From Candidatus Latescibacterota bacterium (GTDB lineage Bacteria; Latescibacterota; UBA2968; UBA8231), in NCBI GenBank assembly GCA_965248265.1, contig CBDFJF010000002.1, forward strand, positions 1,632,001 to 1,696,000: DNA of 64,000 nucleotides, in the 5' to 3' direction. Made by a program: the position numbers and the translations under genes. Positions within the stretch are counted from its first letter, which is position 1, and every line of letters begins with the position of its first letter. Shown here one piece after another: positions 54,896-64,000 of the stretch. The notes below the pieces were generated by a model that was not told the DNA's origin, did not search any database, and saw only the letters and a program-made list of their open reading frames with translations.

Positions 54896-55978
54896 CTACT
54901 CCACTTCGGGCCCGATACGGATGGAGTGGGTCTTGATCAGGCAGTAGACGCGAACGCCGACCTCAAGTCCCAGCGCGGTAACCGCCTCCGGGGTCACCTT
55001 GGCTGCCAGCCGGCGTCCCACGTCCACGTAGACGAGCTCTTTCGAGGCCACGTCCGAGATCTCGAGCACGCGGCCCTCGAGGGTGTTGCGCGCGCTGATG
55101 CCTTCTACCCGCTCACGGGCGAGGATGATGTCGTCGGCCCGGATGCCGGCGAACAGTCGACTGCCGGCGGGACGGTCGCAGTACGGGATCTTGAGTTCCT
55201 GGCCCTCACTGCGAACTAGTGTGATTCCAGCCTCGGCATCGCACGACATTACTTCGACCGCCAACACGTTCTCGAAGCCTTCCCCGTCTTCAATCAACGG
55301 CAGGACTTCCGGTTCGTGGGCGATGCGGAAGAAATCGCCGTGGGCGACGGCCCGTCCTTGATCGAGGATGAGGACCTGGCCGGTCAGCTCGAGTATTTCG
55401 GCCACTGAATGGCTGACGTAGAGGATCGGAATCCCCAGGTCCGCGCGGATGTGGCGCAAGTATGGGATGATGCGGCTCTTCAGACCCTGGTCCAGTGACG
55501 CCAACGGCTCGTCCATCAGCAACAGGCGAGGCGACGCCAGCAGCGCTCTCCCCAAAGCAACGCGCTGGCGTTCACCGCCGGACAAATTGTGGGTCCGCCG
55601 TTCCAGGAGATTGCCGATTTCGAGAAGTTCGGCAATCAGATCAACTTCGAAGCGGCGTTCATTGGCGGGAATCAACGAATAGCCAAAGCGCAGATTGTCC
55701 ACGACCGAGAGATGGGGAAATAGCAGGTCGTCCTGGAAGACATAACCGATACGGCGCTGCTCAGGCGGCACGTCTATCTGTCGGTCCGAGGAAAACAGGA
55801 TATCGTCGTCCATGACGATCTGGCCTTCGTCCGGAGTCACGAGCCCGGCGACCATGTTCAGGATGGTGGTCTTGCCGGCGCCGGACGGACCGAAAATTGC
55901 CGTCGCCTCATAGGGACAGCGCACGTCCACATTCAGGATGAAGTCGTCGACTCGATGATTGATCCGCAGTTCGAGCAC
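54896..55978 (-). CDS. modC: Molybdate ABC transporter ATP-binding protein
   Basis: GPSGAGKTT, LSGGERQR, ISARNTL and TOBE domain; AGGAGG RBS. Confidence 0.92.
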   Translation of the reverse strand: MLELRINHRVDDFILNVDVRCPYEATAIFGPSGAGKTTILNMVAGLVTPDEGQIVMDDDILFSSDRQIDVPPEQRRIGYVFQDDLLFPHLSVVDNLRFGYSLIPANERRFEVDLIAELLEIGNLLERRTHNLSGGERQRVALGRALLASPRLLLMDEPLASLDQGLKSRIIPYLRHIRADLGIPILYVSHSVAEILELTGQVLILDQGRAVAHGDFFRIAHEPEVLPLIEDGEGFENVLAVEVMSCDAEAGITLVRSEGQELKIPYCDRPAGSRLFAGIRADDIILARERVEGISARNTLEGRVLEISDVASKELVYVDVGRRLAAKVTPEAVTALGLEVGVRVYCLIKTHSIRIGPEVE

Positions 55979-55983
55979 GCTCG

Positions 55984-56661
55984 TCACCTCCTGCGGGCGC
56001 GGCGAGAAGCCCATTCGCTGGCTGCCAGCGCCAGCAGCGAGACGATGACGGACACGACCACTAACCGCAGCGCGGCAGCATCGCCGTCGGGTTGATTCAA
56101 GAAAGTGTAGATGGCCAGCGGAATGGTACGGGTCTGGCCTTCGATGTTCGACACGAAGATGATGGTGGCGCCGAACTCGCCCAGACTGCGGGCGAAGGTC
56201 AGCAGCGCGCCCGCGAGAACGCCCGGAGCAGCCAGTCGAAGGGTCACCATAAAGAAAGTCCGCACAGGGCCGCATCCAAGGGTACGGGCAACGCGCTCCA
56301 ATCGCGGATCGACGCTTTCTACTCCCAGCCTTACCGAGCGCAGCATCAGGGGAAAGCCGACGACGGCCGAGGCGAGGACGGCGCCCTTCCAATCAAACGC
56401 CAATCGCAAGCCGACCGATTCGAGAACCCCACCCAGCAGACCGTGCCGGCCGCATAGTACGAGTAACAGATATCCGGTTACGACTGGTGGCAGGACCAAC
56501 GGCAGATGACACAGACCATCGAGGACGATCTTGCCAGGAAAATCACGCCGTGCCAGCAGCCATCCCAGCAACACCCCTGGAGGCAGACTGCACAGAACAC
56601 AAAAAAAGGCCACGCGCAACGACAGCTCGATCACGGGCCAATGTTCAGCAGATGACATCAT
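55984..56661 (-). CDS. modB: Molybdate ABC transporter permease
   Basis: LPLVLPPVVTGY, FARSLGEFGAT. Confidence 0.93.
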   Translation of the reverse strand: MMSSAEHWPVIELSLRVAFFCVLCSLPPGVLLGWLLARRDFPGKIVLDGLCHLPLVLPPVVTGYLLLVLCGRHGLLGGVLESVGLRLAFDWKGAVLASAVVGFPLMLRSVRLGVESVDPRLERVARTLGCGPVRTFFMVTLRLAAPGVLAGALLTFARSLGEFGATIIFVSNIEGQTRTIPLAIYTFLNQPDGDAAALRLVVVSVIVSLLALAASEWASRRARRR

Positions 56662-57425
56662 CGTGGGGCCTGGGGTTGGGTCTGGCCGGCGGTGAGAAAG
56701 CGGTGGCGACGAAACACGGCGGCTGCCTTGACTGACTGGAAGTGTTTGAGCACGCGGCGGACGGTTTCGTTGTCCCGGTCGACGATGGCAGCAACCGGGT
56801 AGACGATCGGCTCGTGTGTGTGCGCGGGCAACGTCATCAGGACCTCGACCTTGGTGCTGATGGCGGCATCGGTGGTGTAGACGATTCCGGCCGCACACTC
56901 GCCGCGTTCGACATATACCAGAGCCGCGCGCGCATGGGGTGCGGGCGCGAGGCGATCGGCAAGTCCGGTGAGCCAATCCAGTTTTTCCAGAGACTGCCGG
57001 GCATATATGCCAACGGGTACGTGTGATGGATCACCCACAGCCAGGCGGCCAGTGAATGCGGCAGCAAAATCGAAACTCGGATCGCCTTCAGCTTCGAAGG
57101 TGTGATGCTCGGGTGCGATGACGACGAGACGGTTGGTCAGCAGGTCTGAACGGGTGTCCGTTGCGATCAGCCCTTTCTTGTGGAGGTAGTCCATCCATTG
57201 GGCACTGGCGCTGAAATAGATATCGGCAGGAGCGCCGGCGGCGATCTGCTTGGCCAGGGATGATGAACTGGCGAACGAAAGCCGCACATCGTTGTCCGGT
57301 AGGAGCTGCGTGACTTCCCGAAGCGCCGTGGTCAGGCTGGCGGCGGCGTACACCGTTTGAGTCCTGGCTGGAACAACCGCGATCAGGAGCAGGAGTGGCG
57401 CGACCCAGCGTGGAGCGCGTTGCAT
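56658..57425 (-). CDS. modA: Molybdate ABC transporter substrate-binding protein
   Basis: AAASL, FASSSSLAKQI..GAPAD, HVPVGIYA, GIVYTTDA. Confidence 0.93.
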   Translation of the reverse strand: MQRAPRWVAPLLLLIAVVPARTQTVYAAASLTTALREVTQLLPDNDVRLSFASSSSLAKQIAAGAPADIYFSASAQWMDYLHKKGLIATDTRSDLLTNRLVVIAPEHHTFEAEGDPSFDFAAAFTGRLAVGDPSHVPVGIYARQSLEKLDWLTGLADRLAPAPHARAALVYVERGECAAGIVYTTDAAISTKVEVLMTLPAHTHEPIVYPVAAIVDRDNETVRRVLKHFQSVKAAAVFRRHRFLTAGQTQPQAPR

Positions 57426-57645
57426 TGGGCCATTCCTTCGGAATTGGTGGGATCGGCATCCAAGCTTCAGACCTGCTCGCTGGACGCAGAATATAGGGTG
57501 AAATCGTGGCTTCCAGTGTATTCAATGTACAGACGAACGTATATTCTCAATCCGGAAATGCAATACCATAACAGAGGCTACTGACAAAGTCGCCATGGTC
57601 ACGGGAGCCAGCCGAGACCATCATCAGCGAGGGAGTTGAGTGAGC

Positions 57646-58626
57646 ATGAAAAAGGTCGTCATCGTCGGCCCGGGTGGGCTCGGTGGACTGGTGGCAGCCC
57701 AATTGGGCCGCCGTACAGAATCCTGCGAGGTAACAGTTGTCACGCGCCCGGGAGCGCACGCCGAGGCCATTCGGCGAGAGGGCCTGCGTCTCAAAGGTCT
57801 GGATGAGTTCACGGTGCAACTGGATGTCGTCGACGATCCGGGACGGGTCGAGCATTGTGATGCCCTGATACTGGCGGTCAAGTCTCAAGACGCCGCAGCG
57901 GCGCTGGAACAGGTTGGCCATATCCAGGTCAATGACTTCGTCACCTCTCTACAGAACGGGACCATCAAAGATGACGTTCTGGCCGATGCCTTCGGCAGGG
58001 ACAAGACCATCGGTGTTGTCGCCATTCTGGCGGGTGAGCGCCCGCAGCCCGGCGTCATCAACTGGACCTACGACGGGGGCACGCAGTTCGGCGAGTTCGA
58101 CGGGACGCGCTCACAGCGTGTCGACTGGATCGTCGACTTGTTCAAGCAGTCCGGACTCACCGCCGAGGCGACGGAATCCATCGTCTCGGCCACCTGGTCG
58201 AAGATGGTGGGCTGGATCCCGATCGGCCTCTTCGCCACCCTGGCGCGGCGTAACAATGCACAGGTTTTGTCGGATCCGCTGCTGGCCAAGGAGTACACGG
58301 CCATCGTTCGTGAGTTGAGCGCACTCGCGCGCTCGCACGGTATAGCGTTGCAGACCATCGGGCCGTACCACGTCGACGAATGGACGCGGGGCAGCGCGCT
58401 GGAGGCTGTCGAGCGGGTGATGGCATCACCCCTGGCGGGAAGTCATTCCAGGCATTCCGCCTTTCAGGACGTGGAAAAGGGTTTGACGACCGAATTCAGC
58501 GCCAGCATCGGGCCATTGCTGGAGGATGCCAGGATCAGGGCAGTGCCATTGCCGAAGACCGAGGCGCTGTACGCGGCGTTGATGGGATTGGAAGAATCGC
58601 TCAAAGAGCAGGCAGAATCGTCCTGA
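57646..58626 (+). CDS. Ketopantoate reductase (PanE/ApbA) family protein
   Basis: GPGGLG, LAVKS, SLQNG, WSK, SAFQD. Confidence 0.85.
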   Translation: MKKVVIVGPGGLGGLVAAQLGRRTESCEVTVVTRPGAHAEAIRREGLRLKGLDEFTVQLDVVDDPGRVEHCDALILAVKSQDAAAALEQVGHIQVNDFVTSLQNGTIKDDVLADAFGRDKTIGVVAILAGERPQPGVINWTYDGGTQFGEFDGTRSQRVDWIVDLFKQSGLTAEATESIVSATWSKMVGWIPIGLFATLARRNNAQVLSDPLLAKEYTAIVRELSALARSHGIALQTIGPYHVDEWTRGSALEAVERVMASPLAGSHSRHSAFQDVEKGLTTEFSASIGPLLEDARIRAVPLPKTEALYAALMGLEESLKEQAESS

Positions 58627-58683
58627 CATGAGCCGCCTTACGGACAGGGTCTCTTTGTGACCAGTTGCAGGCACGACTGAAAG

Positions 58684-60870
58684 ATGTACTGGCAGCATAC
58701 CCCATACACCGTCCCACTGTTCCTGACCGGTGCTTTCTCCGCATTCCTGGCTCTGTACATGTGGCGGAGGCGACAGACACCGGAGACCATGTGGCTCGTC
58801 GACCTTTTCGCAGCCGTGGCCGCCTGGTCGCTGGGGTACGCCATGGAGATGGCCGCGGCCATGCGCGAAGCCAAGGAGTTCTGGGCGGCATTCCAGTACA
58901 TGGGTATCGTGGCCGTACCGGTTCTGTGGGTTGGCCTGGTCATCGAGTACACGGGACGCAGTCGCTGGTTGAGCAAGCCGACGATCGTAGCTCTCAGTGT
59001 TATTCCGCTGATAACCACCGTACTGGCATGGACCTACAGCTACCATGATCTGTTGCGTCGTGATGTACAGTTGGTACCCTGGGACACCTACAATGTCTTG
59101 ATCGTCGCGGAGTACGGACCGTGGTTCTGGATCCACGTAGCCTACTGCTACGTCCTGCTGGCGCTCGGCTCCATCCTTCTGTTGCCCGCGCTTTTTCGCT
59201 CACCTCACCTGTACCGTCGCCAGATCATTGTCATGCTCGCCGGGCTCGTGGCCCCGTGGTTGGCGAACGTGATATATCTGTTTGGGCTCAGTCCATTTCC
59301 CCATCTCGACCTGACTCCATTTTCATTCATCATTCTAGGCCTGGCTTGCGCACTCGGGCTCTTCCGCTACCAGTTGATCGACATCACCCCGATCGCTCGC
59401 CACCTCGTGGTCGAAGGGCTTCAAGACGGCGTCATTACTCTGGATCCACAGGATCGCATCGTCGACGTCAATCCGGTGGCACAGGTCCTCTTCGGTCGTT
59501 CGGCCGACCAGCTTATCGGCCGGCCGGCAGCCGACATCCTGGTCGGAATCAGCGGTCTTCAGTTTCCCCTGCGAGGCGATGACATGTCCGAGGAAGTCGT
59601 GTTCGAACGGGACGGAGAGTCATTGATCTACGAACTGAGGGTCACCGCCTTGCGAGATCGACAGCACGATCTGCCCGGACATGTCGTCGTCTGCCATGAC
59701 ATCACCGAGCGCAAACGGACAGACGCCGAAATCGTGCGCACTCAGCGACTGCGCGCTGCAGGAGAGCTCTCATTGGGTGTGAGCCACAACCTCAACAACA
59801 TCCTGACCGGCATTCTCGGGCCGGCGCAAAAGCTCAGAAAAGCCGCCGATGGGCAGGACACTGCGTCACAGCTCGACACCATCATTTCTTCAACATTACG
59901 GGCGCGGGATCTGATTCAACGACTGAGCCGCTCGGTCGAGGATGAGGAAGACGAACCGCGCCGCGTGGCCCTCGAAGGGGTCGTTGAAGAGGCCGTGGAG
60001 GCCGCACGCCCGCGTTGGCAGGATGAGCCACGTGCCAACGGCATTGAAATCGAGCTCGTCACCGATCTCGCCAGGGTGCCCCCCGTAGCAGCAGATCCCA
60101 CCGGACTTCACGACCTGATGTTGAATTTGATCTTCAACGCCGTTGACGCCATGCCAGACGGTGGTCAAATACGGATCGGCACGCGTTCTGCCAATGGCGC
60201 GGTGCGCCTTAGCGTCGCCGATAGCGGTACCGGCATGGACGAGACAACAAAGGCGCGCATCTTCGAGCCGTTCTTCACGACCAAAGCGGACGTGGGCACC
60301 GGACTAGGACTGTCCACGGCTTACGCGGCTGTCAATCGTTGGGGAGGGAGCGTCACGGCCGAGAGCACTCCCGGTAAGGGTACGACGTTCATCATCGAGC
60401 TGCCGGTGTGGAGCGGCCCTGATCCCGAGCCAGTTGTTGCACAGCCACAGCAATTCGGCAGGAAGCCCGGTTTACCGGCCAGGGTGCTCGTCGCTGAGGA
60501 TGAGGCCATCGTAAGGATGATGGTGATCGCAGACCTCACGGAACGGGGACACGAGGTGATTTCGGCAATCGATGGCTTGTCGGCGGTAGAGCAGTTCGGT
60601 TCGGGCCGCTTCGACGTCGCCATCATCGACATGGGTTTACCAGGTCTGCCTGGTGATGAGCTTGCCAGACGCTTGCGCAAACTCGATCCCTCGCTGGTCA
60701 CGGTGCTGATCTCAGGATGGAATCTGGGGGAAGGTGATTCTCGTCTGGAAGCGTTTGATTTTTACCTCCGCAAACCGTTCGGCCCGGACGAACTTGTGCG
60801 GGTCATCAACAGGGCGACGGACTTGCGGGGTACGAGGGATTCGGCACTGGACGACAGCAGCCCCGGTTGA
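58684..60870 (+). CDS. Hybrid sensor kinase: HisKA_7TM, PAS, HisKA, HATPase, receiver
   Basis: 7-TM N-terminus (YGPWFW, DLTP); SHNLNNIL; FEPFFTTK; GTGLGL; receiver with AEDE and KPF. Confidence 0.92.
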   Translation: MYWQHTPYTVPLFLTGAFSAFLALYMWRRRQTPETMWLVDLFAAVAAWSLGYAMEMAAAMREAKEFWAAFQYMGIVAVPVLWVGLVIEYTGRSRWLSKPTIVALSVIPLITTVLAWTYSYHDLLRRDVQLVPWDTYNVLIVAEYGPWFWIHVAYCYVLLALGSILLLPALFRSPHLYRRQIIVMLAGLVAPWLANVIYLFGLSPFPHLDLTPFSFIILGLACALGLFRYQLIDITPIARHLVVEGLQDGVITLDPQDRIVDVNPVAQVLFGRSADQLIGRPAADILVGISGLQFPLRGDDMSEEVVFERDGESLIYELRVTALRDRQHDLPGHVVVCHDITERKRTDAEIVRTQRLRAAGELSLGVSHNLNNILTGILGPAQKLRKAADGQDTASQLDTIISSTLRARDLIQRLSRSVEDEEDEPRRVALEGVVEEAVEAARPRWQDEPRANGIEIELVTDLARVPPVAADPTGLHDLMLNLIFNAVDAMPDGGQIRIGTRSANGAVRLSVADSGTGMDETTKARIFEPFFTTKADVGTGLGLSTAYAAVNRWGGSVTAESTPGKGTTFIIELPVWSGPDPEPVVAQPQQFGRKPGLPARVLVAEDEAIVRMMVIADLTERGHEVISAIDGLSAVEQFGSGRFDVAIIDMGLPGLPGDELARRLRKLDPSLVTVLISGWNLGEGDSRLEAFDFYLRKPFGPDELVRVINRATDLRGTRDSALDDSSPG

Positions 60871-60873
60871 CGT

Positions 60874-61854
60874 TCAGCAGATCATGCCTTCCTTGGCCCT
60901 GATTCCGTGCTTGGGGGGATCAGCGCCAATCCAGCGTCCGTCTTGTGGTTCCGATGCCAGCTGATAGCGACTGTCAGAGGAAAGGCGGACGCGATCGGTC
61001 TGGTTGTCGGAACTGGAGTGCATGAGGTTCATGCAGAACACGAGCAGATCACCCATCCGGTATTCGGCCGTTAGCCACCGGCCACCCAGTTCTTTGCGGG
61101 TGGCGATGGCGTAGCGCGAATAATGACCGCTCCACGTGTTCGAAATGGTAGTGCGTTCCTGGTCATTCAGCTCTCGGCCCTCCGTTAATACGCGTTCTAC
61201 TGTCTGCGCTGCCTCAGGATCGTTCTCGCAGTAGGCGTCGACGTCTCGTTGCCCATACCCGGTCCGCAGCTCATCATTGAGATGGCTGTTCTCCAGGACC
61301 ATCAGGCCGCCCATGCCATACGGGATATCACTAAAAGGAACCCAGGCTGTGTATAGATTGTGGGTCCCTCGGCCCATGTAGACGATGTCGCAGTGAGGGT
61401 TCGTGGCCGTCGTGGTCCCCGGTCCCTTGGTGCGGAACCAGGTATGGTCGAAGTGGGCGACGTCACCGCCGAGGAAGTGTTCGAAAAACTGAATCATAAG
61501 TCCAGAGTACAGCACTCGATCCAGGGATGGGTTGTTCGCTGCCAGTTCAGGTGAAAAATTGATCGCCACGGATGGCTTCAAGACGCCTTCCGAAACCGGG
61601 TAGGCCGGATCCAGAGTTCCATTGTCGGCCAGTTGCTGAAGCAGATCCATACGAGCTTCGATTACTAGGTCACGATCGAGGTATCTCGGCACGAAGAGAT
61701 AGCCATCTGTCGTCATCCGCCGGCGTAATTCGTCGCAGTCATCGAGAGCATCGGTGGACACGTTCAGCTCGCCGAAGCACTGCGAGGACATATCGAGAGG
61801 CTCGCCCTTATAGTAGAGTTGGGGAACGGCGCGTTCAGATTCCATTTCAGTCAC
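60874..61854 (-). CDS. Phytanoyl-CoA dioxygenase family protein
   Basis: DGYL, PHCDIVYMGRG, W.P, GGL, HSS. Confidence 0.9.
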   Translation of the reverse strand: MTEMESERAVPQLYYKGEPLDMSSQCFGELNVSTDALDDCDELRRRMTTDGYLFVPRYLDRDLVIEARMDLLQQLADNGTLDPAYPVSEGVLKPSVAINFSPELAANNPSLDRVLYSGLMIQFFEHFLGGDVAHFDHTWFRTKGPGTTTATNPHCDIVYMGRGTHNLYTAWVPFSDIPYGMGGLMVLENSHLNDELRTGYGQRDVDAYCENDPEAAQTVERVLTEGRELNDQERTTISNTWSGHYSRYAIATRKELGGRWLTAEYRMGDLLVFCMNLMHSSSDNQTDRVRLSSDSRYQLASEPQDGRWIGADPPKHGIRAKEGMIC

Positions 61855-61973
61855 GTGTGCGGGTGGGTGGCAGAGAAGACGGTCAAGACAGACCTTCTAA
61901 TAGTAAGTAAATCTTCAGCACTCTCAATTCATCACTTGAGGTGCTGACACTGACTGACAACCAGGAGAGCAGC

Positions 61974-62266
61974 ATGAAACGGGTCATGGTTCAATACAAA
62001 GTAAAAGCCGACAAGGCGGACGAGAACCGACAGCTGATCGAGGCCGTGTTCGCGGCCCTGAAACAGGCATCACTGCCGAACCTGCGTTACGCATCATTCG
62101 TCCAGGACGACGGTGTCAGCTTCGTGCATATCGCTTGGATGACGGCAGCAATCCCCTGGAAACCATCGATGCCTTCGACGCTTTCACGGCTGAAATCCGG
62201 GATCGGTGCGAGGTTCCGCCGGCCGTGACTCCTCTGGAGGTCGTCGGCTCCTACGAACTGCTGTGA
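61974..62266 (+). pseudogene. Small ABM-like (ferredoxin-fold) protein, frameshifted near 62136
   Basis: MKRVMVQYKVK...SFVHIA continues in another frame as DDGSNPL..AF.AF...DRCEVPP...VGSY. Confidence 0.7.
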
Positions 62267-63223
62267 TCACACGCCGATGCCGAATTCCTTCTGAAAATCC
62301 GACCAGATTTGTGCTGGAATATCGGCGGTTGCCGCCTCGTAGGCTTCTTCGACCTGTTGCTGGTTGCAGGGGCCCGGCATGACGATCCCGTCGATCGGGG
62401 CCGCCAGGCAGAACTGAATGGCAAGGTGGCGGATGTTGACCTCTCGTTCCTGGCACCAGTCCCACATCTTCCGGGCAAGTTGTGCCGTGGGCAAGTTGTC
62501 AGAATAACCGGTTGCCGTTTCGAACACCTCGGGGACACCGGCCAACAGCCCCATTGCCAGAGGGCTCGCCAGGATCAAGCCCACTCCATGCTCTCGTGCC
62601 AGAGCGAACGTGCTTTGGGCGACCGTCTGGCTAAGCAGGCTGTAATCTAGGTAGGTAAGCAGGATCTCGATCTGGCCGGTCTCGATCGCCCGTCGCTGAA
62701 CCTGGGCTGAGCGGGCGCCGATGCCGATGTGTCGGATCAGCCCCTCCTGCTTCATCTTGAGCAGCTCATCGAGGGCATTCCCCGGTGCCAGCGGATCCAC
62801 GAAATCGTCCAGGGTCTCCACGTCGGAGGGTTCGTCGTAGCCGTGGATGAGGACTGCGTCCAGGTAGTCTGTTCTAAGCAGCTTCAGGCTGGCCTCGACG
62901 CTACGGCGGGTCTGCGGACCGGAGTGATCTGTGTGACGGTCTCCAGGTGCGTGGCTGCTCACCTTGGCCTGCAGGTAGACCTGCTCACGCTTCCCGCCCG
63001 AGAGGGCCTTGCCCCAGCGCTCCTCGGTCTGGCCCGGAAAGGTATCGGGCGCGTACTCGCCGGGGTAGGTGTCGAGGTAGTTGATGCCCAATTCCAGAGC
63101 CCGATGAATACCCGCGATGTTCTCGCCCTCAGAAACCTGATGCCACCAGGCGCCGCCAAGGCCGAGGGCCTTCGGGGTCATACCGGTACTTCCCAATTTT
63201 CGTGTTTCAAGCTGCGGCATCAT
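62267..63223 (-). CDS. Aldo/keto reductase
   Basis: GINYLDT, SLKLLRTDYLD, KQEGLIRHIGI. Confidence 0.9.
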   Translation of the reverse strand: MMPQLETRKLGSTGMTPKALGLGGAWWHQVSEGENIAGIHRALELGINYLDTYPGEYAPDTFPGQTEERWGKALSGGKREQVYLQAKVSSHAPGDRHTDHSGPQTRRSVEASLKLLRTDYLDAVLIHGYDEPSDVETLDDFVDPLAPGNALDELLKMKQEGLIRHIGIGARSAQVQRRAIETGQIEILLTYLDYSLLSQTVAQSTFALAREHGVGLILASPLAMGLLAGVPEVFETATGYSDNLPTAQLARKMWDWCQEREVNIRHLAIQFCLAAPIDGIVMPGPCNQQQVEEAYEAATADIPAQIWSDFQKEFGIGV

Positions 63224-63232
63224 TGCTCCCGC

Positions 63233-64000
63233 TCATTGGGCATACTGTCCGACCTGCCCGAAGAGCTGCTCGAAGCGGTCGACGTTGTCCCAGTTGATCT
63301 CGATTCCCAGACCGGGCCGGTCGGGTACCACCGTCCTGCCGCCTTTGATATCGAGGAGGCCATCGACGAGGGTGTCGTCGACGCTCAGTTCGTGCATCAC
63401 TTGATTACCGTCGGCCAGATTCGGGATCGCCGACAGGATTTGCAGTGCTGCAAGGGTGGATACGCCAGTCTCGCCGAGGCAGCCGTGCCGGTTGATCTTG
63501 AGGCTGGCGGCCGCGGCGATGCCTGCGGCCTTCTTCAGCGGCAGCAGTCCACCGGTTTCGTGAAAGCCGATGACGATAATATCGCAAGCATCGCGACGGA
63601 CTGCGTCGAGTACCTCTGTATCCGTGAATAGAGCTTGATCGAGAGCAATAGGGATATCCACCTGGCGACGAAGGTCGGCGGCGCCCGCGATGTCACCGGC
63701 CGGCAGGGGTTGCTCGACCCAATCGATATTGAACGGCGCCAACTGGCGGATCATGTTGACGGCCGTGTGGCGATCCCAGGCCTCGTTGGCATCGACCCGC
63801 AGCCGGGGTTCATCACCGACGGCCTCGCGCACCGCCCGCACCGCCGCCAGATCGTGGTCCGCACTGTGTCCGATCTTCAGGTAGAGGAGATCGAAACCAC
63901 GCTCCACGTAGCGGCTGGCATCCGCGGCCAGCGTGGCCGGATCGCCCCCCTGCAGGAAGCCGAACCAGTGGATGGACTCATGCATCTTCCCGCCAAAGAA
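63233..64000 (-). CDS. Mandelate racemase/muconate lactonizing enzyme family protein, 5'-truncated by window edge
   Basis: LRVDANEAW, WVEQP, PGLGIE; frame open to the window end. Confidence 0.9.
   Translation of the reverse strand, partial: FFGGKMHESIHWFGFLQGGDPATLAADASRYVERGFDLLYLKIGHSADHDLAAVRAVREAVGDEPRLRVDANEAWDRHTAVNMIRQLAPFNIDWVEQPLPAGDIAGAADLRRQVDIPIALDQALFTDTEVLDAVRRDACDIIVIGFHETGGLLPLKKAAGIAAAASLKINRHGCLGETGVSTLAALQILSAIPNLADGNQVMHELSVDDTLVDGLLDIKGGRTVVPDRPGLGIEINWDNVDRFEQLFGQVGQYAQ

Noticed and set aside
55979-56392. N-terminal extensions of modC (and similarly modB, fliM, ridA, APH) given by the ORF track
   Set aside because: They overlap upstream genes or intergenic DNA; downstream starts fit RBS, coupling and family length better
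57430-57500. Moco riboswitch upstream of modA
   Set aside because: The conserved Moco RNA elements could not be matched by eye; an Infernal search is needed

Overview
A 64-kb, GC-rich stretch of bacterial chromosome with about 55 protein genes. I found no rRNA, tRNA, CRISPR array, integrase or intact transposase. The gene content (FlgD-Ig 'NYPNPFN' C-terminal domains, a C-terminal 'TSWGALK' motif, PhyH dioxygenases, mandelate-racemase and AKR enzymes, DUF4159, a TonB receptor) suggests a diderm FCB-related candidate lineage such as Ca. Latescibacterota; that assignment is inference. Most genes are metabolic, transport or regulatory: gnd, ggt, modABC, natAB-like, a DUF990 ABC exporter, two sensor kinases and a BlaI/BlaR1-like divergon. 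The standout is a tightly packed minus-strand operon at 45730-49347: ECF sigma, soluble zinc-binding anti-sigma, FliN, FliN-like, FliG-like and FliM-like, with no other flagellar gene in the window. Its FliG lacks the C-terminal torque domain and appears to carry its own FliF-like tail, and its FliM lacks the CheY-P-binding peptide. This looks like a flagellar C-ring (switch) module repurposed away from motility and placed under an ECF sigma. The window also holds several deletion scars and frameshifts, a 53-bp direct repeat bracketing one gene, and several candidate operators. All family assignments come from motif recognition by eye, not from database searches.
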